From assembly GCA_043228905.1 (NCBI GenBank), contig JBHGNT010000014.1:16926001-16990000 (forward strand): a DNA stretch of 64,000 bases. Direction: 5' to 3'. A model generated the notes under the pieces. It saw only the letters and a list, made by a program, of their open reading frames with translations, was not told the origin of the DNA and did no database searches. Position numbers and translations under genes: made by a program. Positions within the stretch are counted from its first letter, which is position 1. Each line of letters opens with the position of its first letter. The DNA comes from Azolla caroliniana (taxonomy: Eukaryota > Plantae > Polypodiophyta). Below, piece by piece: positions 50,751-62,766 of this stretch.

Positions 50751-51105
50751 TGTGAACGGCCGCTTATCCTTATTTATCTCTCTCTCTTGTCCTCTTATTT
50801 CCTGCATGTGAACGGGGGCTTATCCTTATTTATCTCTCTCTTGTTCTCTTATTTTCTGCATGTGAACGGGCGCTTATCCTTATTTATCTCTCTCTTGTCC
50901 GCTTATTTCCTGCATGTGAACGGGGGCCTATCCTTATTTATCTCTCTCTTGTTCTCTTATTTTCTGGGGGCTTATCCTTATTCTCTTATTTTCTGTATGT
51001 GAACGGGGCCTTATCCTTATTTATCTCTCTCTTGTTCTCTTATTTTCTGCATGTGAACGGGGCCTTATCCTTATTTATCTCTCTCTTATTCTCTTATTTT
51101 CTGTA
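50751..51105. repeat. 54-bp minisatellite, 6 copies plus a partial copy
   Basis: Unit TGTGAACGGGG(G/C)CTTATCCTTATTTATCTCTCTCTTGTTCTCTTATTTTCTGCA; a diverged single copy lies at ~49966-50020. Confidence 0.92.
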
Positions 51106-51845
51106 TTTGGTATTTATTTTTTCTCCCTCCATTTGTTTTGGGACGCGTTCCCCCCTCAACCATCTCTCTCTTGCTTTTCGAAGCGTCCACCAATTTCCTC
51201 TCTCTAGATTCAGCTTTTTATAAAATATAATTGAATTCTGTTTAGGCCTTGGTCTCCGGTTAATGCTCGCCACTGAATTTTCTTTATTCTCGGCTTTTAT
51301 TTATTTATTATATTCGTGCGCTAATAAAAATAAAAATACTTATTATCTTTTTTCTCAAGAAACGCTTTTTGTTTTTTGTTTTGTTTTTCTTCTGGTTAGC
51401 CGAATAATCTTCTTTTTATTTTTTCTTTATTTCTTTTAAAATGGTTTTTTCTTCGTTTCTTGGCAAAAATAAAAAATATGGCGGAAATGAAGATAAGGAT
51501 TGAAAAATAAAGACAAAAATAACGATGAAAACAAAAAACAACAACAAAAAAATAAAAATAAAGATGAAAATAAACATAAAATAAAAATAAAGATGAAAAT
51601 ATAAAAAGAATATAAAAAAAAAGATGAAAAAAAATAAAAAAAACATGAAAAAAAAGATATAAATACATATAATTATAACTATACTGTATGTATAAATATA
51701 AATATAAGCAAGAAAATTGGAAAAAATTGAAAAATAAAAACGAGGATATTTATTTATTTAAAAAAAATTGAAAAATAAAAATGAAAATGGAGATATTTAT
51801 TTATTTTGCCTCCTTTTCTCCATCTTCTTCTGCCCTTCCCCCGCG

Positions 51846-51879
51846 TCTCAGAGATCCGCCATAGCCACCAAAACTCGAG

Positions 51880-51934
<55 letters not shown>

Positions 51935-52220
51935 GACGTCCGCCATAGTCTCTCTCTCTGTCTCTCTCATACAGAGGTACGCCATAGCCAGCAGAGCTCC
52001 AGCCTTTTCTTGCTTCCTTCTCGCTCTCTGACGGATCCGCCATAGCCAGTACAGCTCGAGCTTGCCTCTTCCTTCTCCTTCCGCTCCCCCCCCCCCCCCC
52101 CTCTCAGAGGTCCTCCATAGCCACCAAAGCTGGAGGAGCTTTTTATACCTCCCTGTCTCTGTCTCTGTCTCTGTCTCTGTCTCTGTCTGTCTGTCTCTCT
52201 CTCAGAGACCCGCCACAGAT
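51846..52220 (+). repeat. Six CAGAG.TCCGCCATAGCC-like repeats separated by CT-rich microsatellites (putative 5' UTR)
   Basis: Copies at ~51846, 51930, 51969, 52027, 52102 and 52200. Confidence 0.7.
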
Positions 52221-52455
52221 TGTCTTGCCTGTTTCTCTAGTCCTCTGTGCGTGCCATGTTTAAATCCTTTCGGACATATTTCCCTCTCTTTTCCTCGCTC
52301 CACTCCTCCTCGTCTTCTTCTTCTTCTTCACTATCGATCTCTGTCTGATACATTCTCTAACAGATCGCTGAATGGACCTTCCTTCTAGTGCCTTTTCTTC
52401 CTTATATGCACCTCTCCATATCTGATCCTTATTAGGCTTCCTCTCCTTCATCGCC

Positions 52456-55400
52456 ATGTTCGACCTCAACGAAGTACCTTCCGCAGAGCCACGCCAGGTT
52501 CTGCTCTACCAGGTCGACCACGCAAATGACCCTAAATTAGATACGGCTTCTGTTTCGGTTTCGGTTTCGGTTTCACCTGCAGTTTCTCCACGACACCAGC
52601 AGAGGAGAACTCTGACACACGATCATCACCGACGTGTAGAACATGGCGACGAAGACATGGCGAATTCAAGCTCCGATCATATCCGTGATGATCGTAACTC
52701 TTATAATAAGTCTCTACAGTCCGTTCGTTGTAATTCTCATGTCGATGTTGATGATGATGACCAGGAAACGGCCATGAATCTGCTTAATCCACAGAAACGT
52801 ACTACTCCAAATCTCACGAATTCTGAAGCAGTTTCTTCCTCTTCCCGTTCAGAAAATGTCCAGATCGTGGAGAATGAGAATCGACCCTCTGCAACTTCAT
52901 ATACTGATGGGCGTACTGATGTTGATTATCAGGAAACGGCCTCCGGTTTATTGAAAAATCCCCTGAAACGCTCTGCAAGTCTCCAGATTTCCGATTCCGT
53001 TTCCTCTTCTCCTCCCCCAGATCGAAATCGCGTGAATATACTTACTAATCTCCGCTCCAAGTCTCTTCAAGATCGTTATAACGAAGAGGAAGATCACGAA
53101 ACGGCTATGGATCTGTTTAATCCACCGAAACGTGCGTCGGTTGTCAAGGCTAATGCCCGTTCAGGAGATGTTTCTGAACCCGTATCTGATTTCCTCGAGG
53201 AAACAGTTAAAAAGGATGGATCTCTATATACTGATCGTGAATCCAAGCCTCTGAGAAAATGTTCTACTGGAGAACAAGAAACGGTTTCTACAGATCTAGA
53301 TCTTCTTCTTCTTTTACCTCCTCACAGGCGTTCTTCAAGTCTCAAGTACCATAATCAAGCCGACCATGCAAATGAATCTACTGTTTCTGATCCAGACAAG
53401 AATATGGCGAAGATGAACGATGACCAAATTCCTGCAAATTTGTACTCTGATCTTCGCCCCAAGTCAACGCAAGCTCTCTATAATGAACAAGAAAGTGCCT
53501 TGGATCTTCTTCTTGCTGATCAGAAACGTTCTCCTTCCAATCTCAACACACAGGTCGAACATTCTGAACCTACCGTTTCTTCTTGCCTTTCTCCTTCCCT
53601 TCCTATTGAAACAGTGAGAAAAGATGGACCCCTTCCTTTTATTTCATCCTCTGAACGACACTCTAAGCCTATGCAAGTTCAACCTAATGATCAAGATACA
53701 CGATTGGAACTTCTTATGCTTGATCAGAAACGTTCTTCTCCAAGCCAAATGTCATCACACTCTGATCTTCAGCACAAGTCTCAGCAAGCTCATCGTCATG
53801 ATCATGATCAAGGAACGGCTATGGAGCTTGTTATAAGTGATCGTCCACCACCCAAACGCACATTTTCGTTCCCTTTAACCTTAGACCAAACTGATCGTTC
53901 CTTATCGAAATTGCAGAAGAAGAAGAGTGAATCTAATTTGCATGATCCCAGACATTCCTTTGTCGAAAGAACACGATATAATGCAGATCCACTTGGAATT
54001 TGCACTAAGCAATATAGTAGCAATAGTGCATTTGAAGGATCCAGCCACGGCACAGATATACTTGGAAACAAGCCTCGAATATCGTATAATTTTATTGGAG
54101 ATCATCATGCAACCACATCACAGATGAAAAGCGATGATTTGATTGATGAATCTGCCATTATCGATGAGGATCGAAGTAATGATAAGAGTTTTGCATTTGA
54201 TAAGATAACAAGTATAGAACTTGGATCGATGTTCAAAAAAGATGTTTCTTCGTTTGGGTTGTCTCTAGGTAGTGGTCAGAACGGATCATCTCTATCGCAA
54301 TGTCCTAATGACAATCTGAAGGTCAATCAAAGCTCAAAAGACATAGATATGTTTGATCTTGCTCTAGGGAGGAGTAGAAGAACTAATTCAAAGAAAGGCG
54401 CAGACCTAATCTCTCCTTTCTGGTGTGGAAAGTTAAATACACCAGGTGTGAATACTATTCAGATACCAATTGATGCTTTCTGTCCAGGGATGCTCTTGAG
54501 ACCTGATTCCAAGTTGAAGAAGCTTCCAACATCTTTGAACACGCAGAAATTCGTGAAGTTGGACGAGTATGTGGAGATAAAAGAGAAAAAGGAAAAACTC
54601 TGAAATACTCCTGAACTTCGCTTTATTACTCGAAATGCCCTTGAGTTTCGTCCTTTCTTCTAAATAGACAAAAAACTGCACGTAATTACTCAAATATCAC
54701 ATATAAATCAGAATAAATGGGGATGCATTGACCATATAACTGCTCTTTGCTTATATGAATTGATCAAGGGCATTTGGGAAAATATAGAAAGTCGGGGGTA
54801 TTTTGGGAAATAAAGAGCAATCCAGGAGCATTACAGAGTTTTTCCCTAATAAAATTCACATGAATCCTCGTTTGCGCCTGTCTGATAAAGTGCGTGAATT
54901 TTACCTGTTTTTCTTACCTATCTTTGCATCTTGCAGATTACAAAGTAATGTTATGGTCAATGGAATTGCTGAACCTCTCATACAATTCAAGACATCATCG
55001 GATGCCTCCAATGAAGAGATAAATTGTTTTAATGCAATGGTACAGAGAATATTGCCCTTTTTGCTCTTACTTACTGCAGATTATGTCTGTATTGAAGATA
55101 TCAAAACATTTAATCTAAGGATATGTAGAAAATGCCGTTTTTGCTCATGCTTATTGCAAACTGCCTCTATTGAAGACATCAAATGGTTTAACTCAATGGT
55201 ACATAGAAAATGCCGTTTTTTATTACAGAAATTCTGTGCAACACTTCTAGTTTGTGATTGCATGTCATGCTAAGTTGATTTAGGACATGGCATGGGTGGA
55301 AAATTGTGATGAGCTAGAGTGTAGTACACAGAATGTATGTAGTGGGAATGGTGATCTTTATGATGAAAGGAAAACCGCAATCTGTCCTCTGATGGTTGAT

Positions 55401-58400
55401 TTTGGTTAGTTGAAAAACAAACTGAGGAGACACATGGCTATTGTGTTATGATGTCACTTTGTCCCTGATGAAGTGGAAAATTCTGATGAGGTGGAGCCTC
55501 ATACACATTATGTGTGCAGTGGGAACAGCGCTTGTTATGATCAAAGATGTTCTACAATCTTTCCTCTAGATAGGTTGATTTTTGGCCAGTTTGGAAAACA
55601 AATTCATCAGTTGGATGATAATGATTTACGGTATTGCTTTGTCCCTTCGGGTGGAAAACTCTGATGAGCTGGAGTTTAGTACATGTTATGTATGCAGTGG
55701 GAATGGTACTCTTCATGATCAAAGAGTTACCACAAATCTTTCGCCCATATAGGTTAATTTCAAGAAATAAAAAAAAATCAAGGGTATTTTGGAGGTTTTC
55801 TTTCTGTGACAGTAGTTAAGAATCATCTACAGCACGGTGAACAAACTCTGACTCGTTGATGATGGTGTTTATAGAAAGGGATCTTTGAAACTTTTCATGA
55901 AGACTCTATGTACTTGAAATAACTGCAAAGACAACTATATTTGCAGCAAATTGGCTGGTCTGTATCCATTCATGAATTTATCACGTTTTTATAGTAGCTG
56001 TTAATATTCATTGAGAATCATTAAACTGCAAATTATACAAAGCACTGACTAGATGATACCAATGGATACGGAGGTAAATTGGAAAGTTTCTTTGAATATT
56101 TTATGTTCTTGAGCAAATGCAAAGATAGGAATTACTGATATAATTTGGTTGGGGTTCTGCCAATATACTTACAGGTTTCAAGCAGAAAAGTATGGTGTTC
56201 TTATTTGCAAGAGATAATTTGGGTTTTGGTTTATTTTTCTTGCAGATTGAAGGAAGATTGAATCAGAATAAATCTTCTTCCATACCAGCTTTAGACTATG
56301 GTTCTCGGACCCTTTTTGCAGCTTTGATTTCATGGCGTGATGATCCCAGCCACAACTTGGATGCAAAATTATATCTTATTTCCGCCGAGTGTCTTCAAAT
56401 AATGCTGAAAAACTATCGATCAGATATGTTGCGCAGTATTGTGGAGGAATTGGATGTTCTTGATACTGAATCCCTTTACGGAATCTTCTGTTGTAGCTCT
56501 AGCAACACTAAAATCAATAATAAATTTGATACTTCCCGAACATTTGATCAGAATGCCGGAGCAAATATAAGTATATCTACGAATGGGAAATCTGAGACAA
56601 GTCTTAGCCATAAATGTGAGAAAGGAAAAGGTATATCAACACATAGGACAAGCCCATCTCGCAATACAAATCATTCAAGCCGTGTAGATTCTTTAACCAA
56701 AAGCACATCAATGGGACCTCATCGTGCTTCTAGTAGAGAGGCAAACCATAGGAATACAAACTTTGACGATGGAGACAGAGGGTCAAGAAAACGATATCAA
56801 AAGCAATTATCCTCTATCGATATGGTTCATGAAGGAGGTGGCAAGTACCATCATTCCAGATATGATAATGGAACCAGTAATTCATATGAGGAGGATGTTA
56901 ATTATCACTCTAAACACAGAGATAGATGTTACTGGAATGGAAGACGTTCTGAACGCCATGAATGGCGAAGTGGTGATAGACTAAAGGATACAACGAGGAC
57001 AGGCAAAGAAGACAAATACTTAAGTAAGACTAGAGTTAAAGAGCATCATAGGCATTCACTTCCTGAAGGGGAGAGAGGACAAAAGCCAAAAGCAAATGAA
57101 GGTGATCGGAATCAAGAGAAAGGATGGCAAAAGGAGAAGGAAAGACATTTCAAAGATACTCTTTCCGAAGAGATGAAGACTATCTCAGACAGAAATTTGG
57201 TTAGCTCCAGGAGCAATTCATCTTTTTTTCAGAGGACTAGTCCTGACGGGGAATCTGGAAAATCAAACAAAAAGAGGGATAGAGAAGATGAGAAGGAGAA
57301 GGTTGTTCATATGAAACGCTTTCGGGAATCGGAATCTGAACAGGTTAAGACTAGAGAGAATGGTCCTCAGTTAAATGTTGAGGAAATGAATGTAGGTCGA
57401 CCATCAAAAAGGGAGTCTGAACTGTTTGGGAAAATGGTTACCACTGATGTGAGCATGATTCCCCATTGTTTACATGAGGTCAACCCTCTGTCAAACGATT
57501 TAAGATCTGGTGATATGTTGAAATCGAAAGATACGGAATATCATGGCATAGAGATTGTTAAGCCTTCACTGGATGATATTCTTTTGCAGGAAAAAGGTGA
57601 CACAAATAATCAAGCTTCCTTATATTGTGAAACTGATAGAGTTGATTGCTGCATAACTGAAGTAGACTTGAACTTTAATGTGGAGAAGATACCAGAAGAG
57701 AGAAATGAGATGGTGGAAGATACAGTTCCATCTAAATGGGGTGAAATTTTACATGAATCATCATTTGTTAAAGTCGAAGAAGAATTTCTCGTAGATGTAT
57801 TTGACAAAGAAACCCGAACTTGGCTTATATCAAAGCAGAATGCTCTTTATCTTCAGGAAGAATATGGTTGGTGAAATGAATCATTCTATTGTATTTAATT
57901 CTGTTTCATTAGTTTTAAAGGGTTATAAGTATTTGGATTTTTGTTTCGAGCATTGTTTCGTATTTGGTTGCGTTTTATAGGTGTAGATACGGTTATTAAT
58001 CCGGAGTTGTCGAACTCAAACTCTGGATCAAAAACAGATTCCCAGAACAGTTAGGTCTTCCATTGTATACAATCTCATTTTTACTTCTTGCATTTAAATT
58101 TTTACTCAAAAGTTTTTTGTTTACAGATTCTCTACAAGTGAGGATTTCTATGGAAACTGCAGAATCTTGTGATATATCAGAAGCTAAGTGGTTTGTTGAA
58201 CAAGCTGCATGCATGATCAAATCTATCTCAACAAGGGGAGTATTTATTAAATGTCTTTGGTATGAAGGCCCAGTTCAAATACATTCTGGGGATGGAGCAC
58301 CTTCTGTTCCTTCAATTGTAAAGAAGATAAAAGGAGATGATGGGAAAAATCTAGAGAAGATTCAAGATGTGACTGGTGTAATGATTGGAGTTGTATTAAG

Positions 58401-60603
58401 GAAGAATAGTATCTCTACTTCATCTGAGGTAGAACCTATGTCTTCTCAACCTCGTTTCATAGGCTTACGTCTCAAATGTGTGAGAAGAAAGGGGTTAGTG
58501 GAAGCATCGAAGGAAGTTGAAGCCCTTTTAGAAAGTGTTGCTGATCATTTCTCCAAAGAACTTGCAACTTATATTTCAACCCACATTGCTGATTTGCAAG
58601 AATCAGGTCTCCATCATGGTGAATCATTGTCAAATCATGATCCTTTTTCAACCCATGCTATATTAAACACAAAAGAACTCCCAAATTCACCATTAAAATC
58701 TGGTGAACAAATTGTTCAGGAATCTTCGGATTCTCCCAAATTAGATGGATTGACACTTGTTGGATTACATGAAGGTGATGTGGACAAAACAATCCAAGTC
58801 TTCAAGGAAGAATCCAATGGAAATTTTCCTATAGAGACAAAGGAGAGAGCTTCTAAGCAATTATGTGTGATAAATGTACCAGAACATATTACCCCAATCA
58901 AAATTCAAAATATATTTGAATCTGTCTTGCAAGAGAAGCTCAAAGCTACTGCTGATTTTGACAAGACACTTGAGATTGTTGCCAATGTAAGATACATACC
59001 CGACAAATTTTGTGCCTATGTTGATTTTGCAAATGATGAACTCCTTGATGCATCAATGAAGCTTTATGCTGAAGATAAGAATGTATTTCATGGTTTACGT
59101 GTTGAGGTAGACCAGCAGAGTTTCTTTTCCAGAGATGGAGTTAGGGATAGATCAAACAACAGTGTAGAGTATTCCCGAGAACCTTTGTTGTCAAGGAGTA
59201 AATCTGATAATTATGGGAGGAAGCAGGATTTAGATGATGATAGTGATTCCGATTATTTTCATAATTTATGGTATGGTGACAACTTAGCCTCCAAGACTGA
59301 TCATTTTCTTGATAAGCCAAGGCCACTTTTCTTGAGTGAGTTGATGAGGAATGCCTCAGCACAAACCATTAAGCAACTTTTCGAGGATATTATTACAACT
59401 TATATAGGACCGTCTCTGGTGAGTTCAAGTGGAAAGCAATTAGTTTTGGATGTAAGATATGTTCCATCAAGAGGATGTGCATTCGTGGATTTAGCCACAC
59501 CTGAATTAGTGGAATTTATGCTCGATTTACACTCTCGAAGACCAGAAGTCTTCTTAAACATGAAGATGGAACTTGGTAGGAGACCAGTTCCTTATTCAGT
59601 TGAGGATGAGGCAGATCGGAGGTTAATTATGCGAAATCAAGATGCAAATCATGGCAAATCTCAATATGGTTCCCAACCATATGTATATCGACTTACTTCT
59701 GCCACGGGGTCTCGAAAGAACATAGAGAAGAGACCTAGTGGGAGTTACAATGATTACCTAGAGGATTCTGATAATGCTGATGATTTCTTGAGACAAGGCG
59801 TTCGAGTGAAAAAGCTAAGATCAGATCCGGAGAAAACTATATACGCTGATCGGCTTCCAGAGAGTGCCACTGAAGGCAAAATCAAGAAAATCTTTGAACG
59901 TGTTCTTGTACACAATATGAGCCGAGAAGAATTGGGTGTTTTTGGTGATGAATTGATCACTGAAGTGAGGCATGTTCCCTCAAAGTATTGTGCTTTTGTT
60001 GTGTTTGCCACCGAAGAACTAACGAGAATGGTTCTTCATCTTTATAATCAAGATGAAGATGCATTTGAGAGCATGCGACTTAAACCACATTTCCATTCTC
60101 GGTTGGAGGATTTATATAAAGAAGATCTACAAGATGTGGACGAGATTGTTCATCATCCATCCTCCTCCCTCAAGGAGAGGATGTCGACAAGCATCGATGT
60201 TGATGATTTTTCTTCAAGACCTCGACAAAGCGATCTCTATGATTCTCGAAGTAATACTAATAGTAATAGCCGATCAGCTGTTCATCGTGCTATTACAGCC
60301 TCAGCATTCAAGGAAGTAGATCGGAGGAGGTCAGTATATGTTGATAGGATACCCGAGGACTTATCTGAATATACAATGACTGTAATGTTTGAGAAGGCAT
60401 TCCGACATAGAAAACATGCTCATGATGGTCACATGGTATCACAAGTTGCTTATTTTAGAGACAAATTTGATTCCACCAAGCTTTGTGCTTTTGTGGAGGT
60501 AAAGACTGAAGATGGGACACAAGACCTCGTGGACTTTTATAATGCAAATCCCGATGCATTTGATGGGGTGCGTGTGAGACCTGGTTTCAAGTATAACACT
60601 TGA
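52456..60603 (+). CDS. Large putative RNA-binding protein (~2126 aa): EAR-like repeat region, SPOC-like domain, charged disordered region, 2 KH, 4 RRM
   Basis: GT-AG exons 52456-54566, 54937-55039, 56246-57866, 57981-58049, 58127-60603 (6381 nt, intron phases 2,0,1,1 consistent) join the 715-, 560- and 846-aa ORFs. RRM RNP1-like motifs KFCAYVDF, RGCAFVDL, KYCAFVVF, KLCAFVEV; KH-like KIKGDDGKNLEKIQDVTGVMI. Confidence 0.82.
55003..55228 (+). repeat. Three ~80-bp copies of the exon 2/intron 2 boundary
   Basis: A(A/T)TGAAGA.AT.AA....TTTAA...A.GG...A.AGAA.AT..GCC.TTTTT repeated three times; the third copy keeps ATG|GTAC. Confidence 0.75.
55294..55760. repeat. Three ~178-bp intronic tandem repeats
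   Basis: GTGGAAAA.T.TGATGAG.T.GAG...TACA....ATGT.TG.AGTGGGAA...ATGAT.AAAG at ~55294, 55472 and 55649. Confidence 0.75.
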
Positions 60604-60619
60604 AACCAGGTCTCTATCT

Positions 60620-60800
60620 CTCCTTTATAATCTTGAGATTCTTGAAAATATGGAGATTCTCCTTATATGCTTAAGATTCTCCAACTGTGGACATTCTTCT
60701 TTTATATGCTTGAGATTCTTGAAATGTCAACGTTCTCCTTCTATATGCTTCAGATTCTCGAAATCTCTTATCTATGGTTGAGATCCTTAAAAATGTGGAG
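60620..60800. repeat. Short ~38-bp degenerate tandem repeats in the 3' UTR
   Basis: TTCTCCTT.TATATGCTT.AGATTCT repeated 4-5 times. Confidence 0.65.
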
Positions 60801-62699
60801 ATACCGACAATTATGCTTGCTGTTCATGGAATGTGGAGTTTCTTCACATGTTTGAGATTTCATGAAAGTGGAGTCTTTGCTACCCATGCGCAATTCCTGA
60901 AACATGAAGGTTCTTGTATTCTTGCGATCGCAAAAAATGGAGAATCAAGTGCAAGACTTTTCTATATTCTTGAGAAATTTAAAATGGAGAAGATTAGTCA
61001 ACCAAGAGAAGATTCTGACACGAGAAGATTCCTCTATCAAATGCAAAGTTTCTCATAATGGAAAGAAGGGAGGGGAGGAGAGAGAGAGAGATTCCATACA
61101 TATAAATATCTGCTTGCCAAAAATCAGTATCTTAAAAGTTTTCATCTTTGTCGTATTAGCTATGAAGAGCTGCATCCCAAAGGCAATATAATGCCTAAAG
61201 CTCTGTTGTCTATTACTCCTTAAAGTGTACAAAAGTCTTACTCAAGTTCTGTTATGTATAGAGAATATTTCTTTTTTATGTGAGCACAGATTGTAAATCA
61301 AAGTATAAATGCATCATCACTCAAGGCAATGTATAAGATCTTCATCCGAAATATCATGAGGCAATGCATAAGAGCATCATCATAAATATGAGAATGCAAT
61401 GTATTGGAATTATCAGAAATATCGTAAGGCTACATACAGAAACTGTTACAAATATCATGAAAAGTTGCTGTGAAGCTCTATGTACAAGAAGCTGCTATGT
61501 ATGTTATTCTGCTGAACATTTGTGTGATTGGTAAAGAACATGGGACAATGTTCCCATTACTCGAAGAAATGTCATTGGTGTACTTGAGCAGTACGAGGAA
61601 CCACCAGTAGTAGACTATATCGGATGTGAAGTGAAAACTTGGAGCGCTTGGATCGAGTCGGTTCAAATAAGAGTCAAGATTGTTGGAGTAGAGAAACCTT
61701 GGGAACCAAGAAGTTCGGAGCAATGGAACTTCCATATGTGAAAATTGTGATAGAAACAACTACAAAAAACACATCATGTCTCTTTGGTTGATCTTGCATC
61801 ATCTTCCCACATCAAGGCAACATGTCTAAGTATGCTCAAGGATAATGTTATGAGGCAAGCTAGAAAATGAGGTTGAATTTAACCCCGTAGAGGCAAAATG
61901 AATATGAGGATATAAATAGTTTCTCTCACATTGGATAATGGAAGAACATGGCTCCGTCCCATTGGTAGTAACCTGGCTCACTCACTATAAGGGACTGTTT
62001 TTACATAGGAGGATGGGTTCATCATTATGTCCATTTGACCATTTTAAGTCGTAGTTTTGGAGAAATAATACATTTGAAGGGGACAATATATTTGTCCATG
62101 TACTTAATTAAAATATGCATAGGTAGGATACGTGGAACAAAGGACAATGATTGTAGAATGCATGGACATGTTTTATGTGTGGAGCAAACTCCCATGAATA
62201 AGACTAATCACATAGATGGATCACTCAAAAGTTGTATTCAATTATGTCAACATTATGCTCAAACGATAATAGTAGACTCAATGCAATCTTCCTACAATTA
62301 TATGTTACAAATAAATAGGTGGTTGGAAATTTTGATTTGTCACTTACAACCAAATATTGACATTGAATGCGAAGGCTTGTCAAGTGCAGCTCATTATGTG
62401 GATTTATTAATATGTTGCGTTTCGAATTGTAAAGGTTAGTTCATGCATGAAGGTTCAACGCCTATGTGTTGGAAAAATCAAGGATTTACATAATAGTTTC
62501 CCTCGTTTGATGAGATTGTAGCTAGCTATTTTAGTTATACCGTTGTTGTAGTGTGAATCAGACACTATGTGAAACATACCAAAGCCTTGGTGGTTCCCAC
62601 CCGATTCACACAACGATTCGGAGCCGAAAGGCATGACACCGGTGAGAACCATATAAAGAGACAAATTTGTAAATAGAAGAAAATATTGTTACATGCATA

Positions 62700-62766
62700 G
62701 GGCAGGATTCAAACCCTGTACCTCCATGTTAACGATTTTTAAGCCTTACCATTATACTAGCGTATT
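62700..62766 (-). promoter_or_regulatory. tRNA-derived Pol III A/B-box cassette inside LTR D (antisense to the LTR)
   Basis: Minus strand A box TAGTATAATGG (62759-62749) and B box GGTTTGAATCC (62715-62705), 44 nt start to start; T-arm-like CAGG...CCTG; TTTT ~20 nt downstream. Confidence 0.55.

Noticed and set aside
50751-52220. CRISPR-like repeat/spacer appearance
   Set aside because: Eukaryotic context; repeats are contiguous or separated by microsatellites, with no unique constant-length spacers and no cas genes.
16087-60603. Functional cluster of RNA-metabolism genes (2 PPR, CAF1, KH/RRM)
   Set aside because: PPR genes are very abundant in such genomes and the products act in different compartments; coincidence suffices without synteny or co-expression data.
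61450-62450. Coding-like stretch, possibly a MULE relic hosting element D
   Set aside because: Multiple stops and no motif I can identify with confidence.
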